Shown here: piece by piece, positions 39,627-51,494 of the stretch
Numbering within the stretch: position 1 is the stretch's first letter
Layout of the letters: each line of letters starts with the position of its first letter
Assembly (NCBI GenBank): GCA_013265495.1
Contig: MU057487.1
Span: forward strand, 558,001 to 622,000
Source: Vicugna vicugna
Lineage: Eukaryota
Direction of reading: 5' to 3'
DNA: 64,000 nt
Position numbers and translations under genes: made by a program
Notes under the pieces: generated by a model
Database searches by the model: none
Told to the model about the DNA's origin: nothing
The model's input: only the letters and a program-made list of their open reading frames with translations

Positions 39627-42504
39627 GTAGGAGTCACCTCACTTGTAATTGTTGTCCCTGATCATTGGCCTTTCCAACATGCCCATTGTTTAAAATGTGA
39701 GTAATTAGCTCATGTCTTTTTCAATGTTTATTTTCATTGTTATTGCTCGTGTCAAAACATACATATAAACCTCTTAGAAGTTTTCCATAATCTATATTGG
39801 AAATTCATTTAAATATAAATAGAAGTGTATTCAAAGGGTATTCTAGTATACCAGTTGTTCCTGTTTTTCTTTTTAAATTTTTTCTTTGAAGATATTTTTA
39901 GTCACCTGAATTTATTATTTGCAAACACTTCTTGAATATCTGTATGTAAGGCACTACTGCAGGTCCTACCTGTACAAAGGTAACTAAATCACAGCCCCAG
40001 ATTTACTTTGCTTAAAATATATTAGGGAAGAAACTTGTAAAATATAAAATAAAATAGTTATTAATATAATAGAGACATTTATAAACTACTGTAAATTTTA
40101 GTTAGGCAGACAAAGAGAAGAAAGAGATTCCAGATAGAAAGTGGAACATGGGAAACATGAAAGTAGGTTAATGCATCTGAGGAGAACCATGAGGTTGCTT
40201 GTAGAGATGTGGTCAGAAATGAGATTGTATGAGTACCCTGGGAGCAAATGGTAAAGAGCTTCTGTAGGACCTTTTCCTAAATGTTTGGGTTTTGGCTTTA
40301 AGCACAGGAGAACCACCCAAGAATTTAAAGTGGTGAATAACATCATGACATCTGTCTCTCAGAAAGATGGCCCTGGTGACGTGTGGAGGAGAGTAATGAG
40401 GCTAGGCTGAAAACAGAGAGACGTTAGGAAGCTGTTATGTTGGTCCAAGTAAGTAATTTCAAAGGGTGTGGACTAAGGCAGCTGTAGCAGAACTGGAGAG
40501 GAATAAATGAATACCATGGTTGGTTTACTAGTAAAGTCAACGGGACTCCTATGGATGGGTTATTTGAGGTTATAAGCTTCCCAAGAGCCAATGCTTAGAT
40601 ATGTGAGTTTTGGTCTGAGCTTATAGACAAGAGATGTTTCACAGAAACTGTTCACAAATTAAAAGAGTGATAGGGACATAGAAACTTTGTCTTTCAGTGT
40701 GTGGAGACTTTATCACCTGAGTAATATAATCCCTCAATTTAGAACAAGAAAGCTGAGCCCTACAGAGGTGCACTTGTGAGCCCAAGGTCATGCAACCAGT
40801 TAGAAGCAGAACCTAGTTCACTGACTCCTGATCCTCTGCCTCCCAGGGTGTTGCTGAGAATCACGAGAGGGTAACATTCATGAGTGTGATTTACTTTTTT
40901 AACTCATTCCCAAATAAGAATATGAAAGTAAGAAATCGTGTGGCTTGTTCAAAGGACATGGAAAATGTCTGACCGAGTAGAACCAGGTCACATAATTAAA
41001 ATTATACTTCATAAGTGAGACACCTTGCAAAATGTTAAATCTGTTAGGAAAAAACTGAATGAAAATGATTATCAGAAAGCTTTTAGAAGTCACCTAGTAC
41101 AAAGGCCATTTTTAAATGAAAGGAAATTAGATATGAATATTTTTGAAGGTACAAACTGTATCTCACTAGTTGTTTTTTAATTGTCTAGCTGAAAACTGGT
41201 TTTCAACTTTAATGTGCCTAAAAATTACCTAGGAAAGACCCATCTGCAGAAATTTCCATTTGCTAAGTTCCGAGATGAGAACCAGAAGCTTCTGGGTCAC
41301 GTAGTCCCTGTCCTGTACCTAGGGAAACATTACTCTCTGTCTCATAGCCTGGTGCCTGGAACATAATTGCTGCCTGATAAATATGTGTTCTATTGAGAGA
41401 ATTAGAAAAGAGAAGGGACTCTCCCAAGTTCATGGAGGTCAATACAGTTGGTTAATAGAGAAGCCACCATGAGAATCCAGGGTTTTGTGTTTAGGTCTAA
41501 TGCTGTTTCACTCTGCCATTTATCTCATGATCGCATGCAGCAGACTGACTGGAAAAACCTCTTTTGGGATACAAGCCTCCTCTTCCACTCACACTATGTC
41601 TCTCTTCACATCTTTTCCCTCTTTATAGTGTGTGCTTCCTGCTGGGCCTTTTTATCTCAAGTAAGCAATTCCTTTAGGTCACCATTGTGCTTGAGAACTG
41701 AGCTTGACTTCAGAGCCAGTCCTCTCTGCAGTTTGACTGGGACCACAGCTGACCAGGAAGAGGGTCAGCTCGAAGACAAAAGTAGCCTCCTTCTCAGGGT
41801 AATCTGAGAGGTCAGAGTCCTGGCTTTGAGGTGGAAGAGTCTGACTCTTGTCTACATTTTTTGAACTTCCCCTAACTTTTCCTGCTGCTTCATCTTCACT
41901 TTAATTGGGATTTACCCGGTACAGGAAAAAGAAGTTCTCTCCTATTTTAAAACATTAAAGTACAAAAAACTTTTTAAAAAGATCAATATGTTGTAACAAT
42001 GGAACTCAAAGTCATGTATTTTATTCCCTAGAGATCTTCCATTGTGGATATATTGTTTGTCCACTGCCAAATGATCACCATCATTGATTGAGGCTCTTAG
42101 ACTTCACAAAGTATTGAAAATATCCTCCTTGATTATAAATAGATGAATATTATTGCAATTATCTTCTAAAGAATTTAATCTTCTATCATTCATCATACGT
42201 GTACAAGTCACTTTAACGTTCAAATGAGTTGAGCCAAGCAACACCCGCAACTGCCTTTATCTAATAACAGGAAAGTGACTACTTTGGGATCATATATCCA
42301 GATTATGTTTCCATTCTGAAGTTTAGGGTCTTTCAGAATATGAATCCCTCATACTAATTTATACTTAGCTTTAATGACACCTATTGTTTCTGCACCCCTT
42401 TCAGTCTTACACATGAATGGAAAAATGACACCCAATTCACCACTTGCTTGGTGCCGCGTCAGGCTCAGAGCGAGGGCTCAGTACATGGCAGTGGGGTTCT
42501 GGTT

Positions 42505-42518
42505 GTTGCCATGGCAGC
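42505..42518. promoter_or_regulatory. Candidate RFX X-box
   Basis: GTTGCCATGGCAGC differs by one base from the palindromic X-box GTTGCCATGGCAAC and sits in a GC-richer, apparently non-repeat patch. Motif match only. Confidence 0.4.
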
Positions 42519-45500
42519 AGTAGTTATGAAAAGTGTAAACACGCAAGCAGAGACTACCAAAAATCAGTGAAAATACTCAGAGGAATATGTACATTGCCTT
42601 TAGGTAGGTGTTTTGTTTTCACGGGTGGATTTTTGCTTTTTGTTCTTTTTAAACAAATTTTAGTTAAAATGGGAAGTCAGTCTTTTTGGGAAACTTTTTA
42701 CAAGAGGTAGAGTTTGTTAAAATATCCTTAAAATCATTTTATGCGATAACCACTTTCTGTATATGCTCCAAAGACTCTAGTACTAATGAATAAAAACGTG
42801 TTATTAAGTGAGTTTTCATTTCCATTAGGATATTTTGTTTTTTGGCTATGAAGAAAAAGTTGTGTATTTTTTAGAAAATGGGCCTTCTGAAGCTGTTAAT
42901 AAGTTTCTCATATTTTCTTCTTGCACATTTTAATTCAACATTTAAATTTCACACTTTATTTCTTATGGTGCATAAACAGGAATCTCTTCTGCCATGATAT
43001 ACAACTTAACAGTAGTTTAGCAATTCATAGGCCAATTATATGTAACTCAATGCTACTTATTCCTTTTAAAAAGTCAAATACTATAAAATGATTTCTCAGA
43101 AAGCCAGCCTACGCTAAATTTTATCATTAAAAATAGAAGACACTAAGATATAGAAACTAACTAATTTTAACTATTTTTTCCCATCCAGCAGTTGCTGCCA
43201 TCTCTCATATTATCTGATCATTTATTTATTTCTATATTATACACTGCCACCTGCTTTGGGCCAGGCATTCTTTTGAGAAACTGGGAACATATGGGTGAAT
43301 GAAACGAAGTTTATACCCTGGAAGAGTAGCTTCATATGAAACTAGAAATGTAAACAGGCAATTATAGTATAAATCCTACGACAGGAGCATGTGCAAAATG
43401 TCACATATATACAGAGAAAAAAAGAATCATTTTTCCCTGGGAAGAGAAAAACCTTCACAGAGGAAGGGACATTTAAATTGAAAATTGAATAATAAATAGA
43501 ATTTCATCTTGTAGGTAATTTATATTAATGTAATAAAATTAAAGAAAGCATTTTGATGAAGCCTTATACAATCATGAAGTATTATAAATGTTACTAAATG
43601 CCCCAAGACATTTCCGGTAGAATAATAGTAGCCCATCTTTATTTCCTGATTCATATTAAGTTTGTCTTTACCTAATTGGAAAGAAGTTATATATTAAATT
43701 TTAGCATGCTCCAATGCATTTGGCTCTTACAGCTGAGCCAATTTGATTCAATTTGGTACAAAATTAGTAGTAACTCTTGGTCCTTAGATTAGAGGTACTA
43801 CCACTGCTCCTTGGATTTTGCTCAGTAATTCATGGTCTGCTTGAAGGAAATTAAGTTGTCTGAAGGTTCTGGGTTGTCTGGGATAACTCTAACCATGGAC
43901 ACTGCCAGGTCCTTAAGTTCTCAGAGCTTTAGATATAGTATGCACAACTCCCATTAAAGTCTTCTCCTTTCGGGTGCTGAGGGTCAGGTAGGCTCAGGAC
44001 ACTCTTCTCTACTGGTTGGACATAACCCCCACCCCTTCTAGTCTTGGAACACCCAAACACACCTGGGGGTTGGGCAACTCTTCTCTTTAAACTTCAAAAC
44101 AAGACAAAAAAGTATGTTACATCACATATATGGATGACATGAATATTTTATCTAATTCCCTCAAGATATCAAAACTAGCACTTCTCAAATTTTGGAAGCC
44201 TGAAAAAGAAGAAGAAGAAAACAACTTTTAAGAAGACTATTCAGATTTAAATGACCAGTCTCAATTCCCAGGTGATTCAGTTTTGGGTGGTCCTGGATTG
44301 GCATTGAAAAGCCTGGTTTCTACATAGGGAAAAGAATCTAGGATCTTCATAAGAGATAAAGCAATCATAGTAGTGTTGTAGGTATATTGTTTTGGGGTAT
44401 TGTTATGACAAACTGCTACTGTTATAACACAAGAATACTTATATTCCCTTCCACCATAAGGATATTCTTCTTCGTTTGTGTATAGTACATGGCATAGGAT
44501 AGGCTTAATTTACAGCTGGACTCGGAAAACTCTATGATTATTTGTGGAGATGGCTGACTATCAGTCTTTGGTTTCTGTCCACATTAAGGGGACTGGAATT
44601 TATGATATACGGTTTAGAGTTTGAAACTCCACTGTGACAACCAAAACCAGTTCATTTACTGAATGAATTTCACCTGGCGTATTTTATTAGACAGGCTAAC
44701 TTGGCTATATGACCTGATGGTCATAAAAGACTTCCCTGAAAACTTCTGTCTTCAGCTTGTCTGAAAGCCAATGCTCATTGGGCAGATTTTGGTAGTTCAT
44801 TCCATAGATGCCCTTGTGGGAATAAAGGTGCTAGCAAGCTTGTACTTGGATAGCTCTTGGTCCCTGGGTGCTGACCTGCACTGTCTTTCTCTTATTGTAC
44901 TTTACCTTTTGCCGTTAAATGAAAACATTACATGAGTACGTTCTGTGAGGCTTCTGAATCGCTTCAAATATTTGAACTTGTGAAATATTTGCATGTACAA
45001 AGAGTATCATTACTGAAAAAGTTAGTGTGACATACCTAATAATAGGTTGGTATAATTGAATTATTGAGTTAGAATAATGATTATCTCTAGTAAAACCTAG
45101 GTATAGGCAAGTACTTATTACTAGCAAGGAGAACATCAAAAACAAACTCAGGTTTGTATAGCTTTTAATCAGTAAGAAGAAAAGTATAAATAAGTAAGAA
45201 CATTCAAGGAGAGTATGACATATATAAGAATCTTCTTAAGATGATCTCGCACAGAAGAATATTGTGTAGTCACCTCGTTTCAAGGTTCTTGGGTTAACAG
45301 TCAACTTCATGGGCCTTCAGCTTCTGGGGGCTCTCTGCAAAACCTCAGTTTAAAATCACTAAAGGTTGTAACCTTCAGCAATATTAAGGGTCCTTTTTAT
45401 TTGTCCAGAGGTTTGGGAATGAAGACAGCCTTTTATAATTTAAATTCATAAATAAATGCTCCAATGAAATGGTCCCATATCAGTAGATTGGTAAATTGGA

Positions 45501-46594
45501 ACATGCTAGCTAAGATCACAACATCTAATTATATTTTAGCCATTATAAGTATTGATTTTCAACAAGGGGATGTTTCAACCCATCCAGAAAACACACACAC
45601 TACTTAAACTAGTACATATTTGTAAGCCATAGAAGGAGAAAGTGCACACAGTGCATTTGGAGTTATTCAAAGGATTCTTTTGCGATTGTATCAGTCAATT
45701 TCCCCACCTTTACAATTTTTCCAGATTAATTTAATTACAAGTGAAGCATGAACTGGCCATGTCTGCTACCCTCAAAATGTTTTCCCTTTAGTGTTTAATT
45801 TTGTGGCCAATTTGTTTCTATTGGAATGAGTTCTTTCATTTTTTTCCATCAAGATTTTATCCAGTGTCTGTTAGATATTTTATCTGGTGCCACCACACAG
45901 CCATTCTGGTTTTGCCAGATATCATCCTCATGAATCTTACAACACAATCATTCTGGCATTTCTTTTAAGGATTTCTTTTCTGGTCAGATTTTGTGTACCT
46001 GTAATGGAATTCTTGAACTTCTCCATGGATTTGTTATTATTAAGAAATTATTTATATTTGTTTTATATGAGATCTTTGTTTAAGGACTTTTAGTCAGAGT
46101 AGTCTGTTTAGTATGATCATCTCTAAAATATTTTCATTATATTTTATAGTACTAGCACAGTATTAGCTTTTATAATAAATACCCTTTTTTAAACTGCAAG
46201 TCTCAACGTTTATGACAGCAGTTATTTTATATAACATCAGTATATCAATAAATTATTATTATTTTTAAAATGTAACTGAAGACTTATCTTTAAAAAATGT
46301 ATCTAAATCATGTTAAATAAGTGAATTATTCTGAAAGCATACCAGCTATTAGTTTATTTATCTGCCTCTTTTCTTTCAACAATTTGATATGCTACAGAGA
46401 AAACCATAATTCAGATATTAAAATATTCAGATTATGATACTGTATTACATTTTGTAATACTGGCTGGACTTCTTATTGTATATTAAACCCAGTAGTTTGT
46501 TTTGTTTTTGTTTTTTTAGTGTAAGACTCATAATGAAACAATATTAAGTCAAGATTTAGCATGGAGGTGTTCAAAATTCTGTTCTAGGTAGGTA

Positions 46595-46805
46595 GCAATT
46601 GACAAGTTTAACATACAGAAATCTGTTGCATTTCTTTACACTAGCAATGAAATATCAGAAAAGGAAAGTAAAAAAAAAAATCCCTTTTAAAATTGCATCA
46701 AAAAAAATAAAATACTTAGTAATAAACCTGACCAAGGAGGTGAAAGACTTGTCTGCTGAGAACTATAGAACATTGATAAAGGAAATTAAAGATTATTTAA
46801 AGAAA
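46595..46805 (+). mobile_element. Internal LINE-1 ORF2 fragment without 3' UTR or poly(A)
   Basis: Encodes [20 protein letters not shown] and [38 protein letters not shown], the L1 ORF2 late RT region. Flanked by TAGGTAGGTA at 46585-46594 and 46806-46815. Confidence 0.88.
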
Positions 46806-47127
46806 TAGGTAGGTATACTTCTTGAATGACATAAACACAATCCTGAGATTCTCCTCCATTGATTATAGAGCTGCTGAATCATGAGTATTACGCCAGTGGA
46901 TAGTGATATGGAAAGGAGAAGTAGCAACCCTTCGTAATTAGCCAATTAAAAGAAAATGTTGGATGGTTTCTGTTAATTATAGGGATCTATTACATATGGT
47001 AACATTTAACTTTAAGACCTTGTACAAAACCTAAGGATATTTTGACTAATTTAGTTTATGCCTGCAATTATCCTTAGTCAAGGAGACTGAGCAGTGACTA
47101 TGGAATCAAGAGGTTGGCTTTAATGAG

Positions 47128-47698
47128 TAAATTAGTTATTTATTTCTGTATAACAAATTACCCCCAAATTTAGTAGCTTAAGATGACACATATTTAGTAT
47201 CCCACAGTTTCTGTGGGTCAGAAACATGGGCATAGTTTAGCTGGGTCCTCTGCTTCATGATCTTTCACAAAGTTAAAATTAATGTGTCAGCTAGGGATGG
47301 GATCTAATCGAAGACTTGATTGTGGAAGGGTGCACTTTCAAACTCACTTTGGTAGTTATTAGCAGGGTATAATCCTCAAAAAATGTTGAACTGAGGGTTC
47401 AGCTTTTTTTCTTTTTTTCTGGTTGTTTGGTGAAGACTACTCTCAGTTCTTTGCCATGTAGACCTTACCAGCATGGCAGGTTGCTTCATCAGAGCCAGTG
47501 AGAGCGTCTGCTAGCAAGATGAAAGTTATTATCTTATGTAACCTAATCATGGGAGAGAAAGCCCATCAACTTTGCTATATTCTATAGAAAGGAAGCAAGT
47601 CATAGGCCTTTTAATACTCAAAGAAGGGGGATTCCACAAGGACATGAGTCCCAGGAGGTGAGGATCTTTGAGGACCATCTTAGAAGTTGCCTACCATG
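47128..47698 (-). mobile_element. MaLR (MLT1-type) solo LTR
   Basis: ttagttatttatttctgtataacaaattacccccaaatttagtagcttaa...cacagtttctgtgggtcagaa...ccatcttagaagttgcctacca. Confidence 0.75.
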
Positions 47699-48311
47699 AT
47701 GAACAATGGTTTCCATGTGTACCATGCTGTTAATACATCCAGATCATGGTACAGCATTTTCTTATTTATACAAAAAAAAAGACCTAGGTACCTGTGATAC
47801 TCTGTGTGTGTATGTGCCCTGTTTCAACCCATCTTGCTATTTTTGTGAAGTCTTTTATCCATAGGAATTCTGCGACAAAAGCTATTACTTGGGTAATGCC
47901 TTAAATTATACATAGTGTAGGTATTTTCATGAAAAAAAACAGCTATAATTTGACCATATGTAAGAACTGTAACACATCTTGTCTGGTAGTATATCCTACA
48001 TATTAAATTTGCACGTTTTATGTCACTGAGAATAACATATCTTTCTAATAATAAGCTCAAAGTACCAGTTGTATGTTGGGGCATAGGACTGTTAAAGGTT
48101 TTCACGATTTGAATGGCTTTATCAAACCAAGGTATCTGATGTTCTATTAATAGTGAGATTATTGGTGGATAAAAAGTCATCTATATCAATAAGAAAGAGG
48201 CAATGCTTCCCTTGGGAGTTCAGAGGGTGGACAGGGAGTTCTTGGGAGCCAGTGTCTCCCATGGAGTTGTCATTACACGGATTTCAGGCAGTTGTCCTTA
48301 GTTTTAGCTAA

Positions 48312-48359
48312 TCTAGGACAATGGTTCTTTATTTTTGTTTTCTAGGACAATGGTTCTTT
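48312..48359. repeat. 19-bp direct repeat flanking a 10-bp T-rich insert
   Basis: tctaggacaatggttcttt - atttttgttt - tctaggacaatggttcttt. Confidence 0.9.
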
Positions 48360-50563
48360 AAATGATACTTTTATTTGCAGCAGTAGATTTTCTTATCTGT
48401 AGACTCCCAAATCATGAGGAATAGAGGCCCTTTTAGATATTTTACGTAAAGATCCATAATTACACTGATTCCTAGTTTATTTACTTTTTGAGTCTATCTG
48501 GAAATGTCTAGTCATATATTGGATATTTTCTTTGTTGGTAATTTTTCATTTTAACATTTAACATTTTAACAATTTGATTGCCCTAATTCAGGTGTGAGCC
48601 CATTTACAGAGAAGATAAAGTCCTTCCTATGTCAGCTTTTGAGTCTACCCCAGAATTACATGAAAGTTTCCTAAAATCTATCTTTCATCTTTATCTTGAA
48701 CTTTATTGAAAGAAAAGCTTCTGAAATTGCGTTATGTAATGCATTTTCTATTTTTATTTTTAAAATTTTACACCACTGAGTTATTTAAATCTTCTCTTTT
48801 ATAACCTACTGCTTTTCAAAATTTTCCTCCATGAGGCTAACAATTGATTGAATTAATTGGTACATATCTGAAGTGCAGGACAATACATATCTAATAAAAA
48901 ATCCTGAATTGTGCAGAAAATATTTTGCCTATATCCCTGAAGTTTAGGAAAATCATTAATTATAGCTCTTAATTTGGCTCTAGAACAGGGTTTTAATTCA
49001 ACTTCAATAGATCTGACTTGTGTTCTAGCAATTTAAAATGCAGTATTCTTTTCTAATGAGCACTCCAAAGACAGAATAGCTCATTTGCAAAACCGGGTTG
49101 TATAGAAAAAGAGAAATGCAAAAAGGATAGCTTTCAGAAGGTTACAGAGGCCTTGACAATGACTACATTGGAATTTGGGTTTTATCTAGCAATCTCAGTG
49201 TGCCAATTAGAGGAGCTGAAAATTGACTACTCAGTCTTGTATCTCCTAATCTGTCTACAGCCACTCTTCAGTATTATACTTTATTGATTGTGTTACATCA
49301 GAAGTCCCTTATAATGGTCATTGTTATTCTAAATAGCTATCTATCTATCTAGTCATCTTTCTAAACTGTATTAAGGACATGAGAAGCTTTAGCATTGAAA
49401 TGTGACTTTATTGGAAGCAGAAGTTCTTCCAGGAAGAAGTTGAGACTTTGACATAGACAAACCTCCTGACCCAGGAGAGAGAGGCCACCATGGTCATTAG
49501 GAGCGTGTGTTGGTGAATGGTTGGCACTCAGGTATTAATGTGAGCCTGTTCCTGACTGGGTGATTATCAGAAGCTGACTGGTTAACATGCAGAAGCTGTG
49601 TTCGCTGAGGGGAACTCTTGTTGAACGACTGAACAGGTTTAAAACAGGTTCTGGTGGTTCCTTGCTCTCATGGCTACAGAACAAGGAGTCTTTTCCTAAA
49701 TGTATGGAAATACATATTTTTATTCTCACAATTTGGGCAATACTGGCCCAGACCAAACACAAAATCCTGAGAACGGGTTGTAGCCAGAACCTGACAAACG
49801 TTTTTCTCTCTGTGAAACACAAAACAGACTTTATTCTGGAAGGAAAAGATAAGCCAGGCATTTAGGAACGCAGCGCTGTTCCTCCTTTCAAGGGGTAGGT
49901 GAGGGGAGATTTCTTTCTTCCTCGGTATGTCTGTTAGAGGCTGGCAACTCAAAGGCCCTCAGACAGATCATATACAGCTAAAGGGGTGAGACTTAGAGTG
50001 AGCAATATAATATGTGGTAAATAGGAGAATTAAATTCTTCTAAAAAATTCAAATGAAATATATGTTTAAAATACTTTGCTGGCCAAGAAACAAATATGTG
50101 TCTATGAGCTGGACTTGCCTCTGGACAATAGCCACATAATAATTAAAATTTTGTTAGTTTATTTCTTACTAACTTATTCTATTACATTCTGACCATTTAA
50201 CCTTCGATGGAAACACAGTTTAGTTCCCTTCTTTTTCTTCCTTTTTTCTGAAAGTAGAGAGCTGAATTCCATCCATTGGAGCGGCATCCATCTGTGATGC
50301 TGGTGTTAGAAGAAAAGATTATTTTCATAAGCTTAAGTATGTCATGTTAGGCTTATGATGACATTAGGTTTGGGAACATAGTTATCCAGAGAAGACAATG
50401 GTGTATCTTTATTTGTGTAATATACAGGCGTTTTTTAAAAAAATGAATTAAAATAGCATAAATCAAGGAAGATGCAAATATATCTATGCTTCTGGTGACT
50501 AGTAAGCACTGTTATTATTGATCAGCAAAAATCTTCATTTTAAAATTATTTTTCTCATCACAG

Positions 50564-51494
50564 GCTGTGAACCCATTCCTGTCCGCTATCTGGAGTGGAG
50601 CAACATAGAATCCATCATAGCCATTGTCTTTTCCTGCCTGGGCATCCTCATTACCTTGTTTGTCACGCTCATCTTTGTGCTGTACCGGGACACGCCAGTG
50701 GTCAAGTCCTCCAGCCGGGAGCTCTGCTACATTATCCTGGCCGGCATCTTCCTCGGTTACGTGTGCCCTTTCACTCTCATTGCCAAACCGACCACCACAT
50801 CCTGCTACCTCCAGCGCCTCCTGGTTGGCCTCTCCTCTGCCATGTGCTACTCTGCTTTAGTGACCAAAACCAATCGCATTGCACGCATCCTGGCGGGCAG
50901 CAAGAAGAAGATTTGCACCCGGAAGCCCAGGTTTATGAGCGCCTGGGCCCAAGTGATCATCGCCTCAATTCTGATTAGTGTGCAGCTAACCTTGGTGGTA
51001 ACCCTGATCATCATGGAGCCCCCTATGCCCATCCTGTCCTACCCAAGTATCAAAGAGGTCTACCTTATCTGCAATACCAGCAACCTGGGTGTGGTGGCCC
51101 CTCTGGGCTACAATGGACTCCTCATCATGAGCTGTACCTACTATGCCTTCAAGACCCGCAACGTGCCCGCCAACTTCAATGAGGCCAAATACATCGCCTT
51201 CACCATGTACACCACCTGCATCATCTGGCTGGCTTTCGTGCCCATTTACTTTGGGAGCAACTACAAGATCATAACTACCTGCTTTGCAGTGAGCCTCAGT
51301 GTGACGGTGGCCCTGGGGTGCATGTTCACTCCTAAGATGTACATCATCATTGCCAAGCCCGAGAGGAATGTCCGCAGTGCCTTCACCACCTCGGACGTGG
51401 TCCGCATGCATGTTGGCGATGGCAAGCTGCCCTGCCGCTCCAACACTTTCCTCAACATTTTCCGAAGAAAGAAACCAGGGGCAGGGAATGCCAA
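50564..51494 (+). CDS. GRM1: GRM1 large coding exon encoding all seven TM helices and the proximal C-tail
   Basis: Acceptor tttctcatcacAG|GC and donor GCCAA|GTgagt; 931 nt, phase 1 to phase 2. Motifs DTPVVKSSSRELCY, TKTNRIARIL, FKTRNVPANFNEAKYIAFTMY, MFTPKMYIII, and the mGlu1-specific tail KLPCRSNTFLNIFRRKKPGAGNA. Confidence 0.99.
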
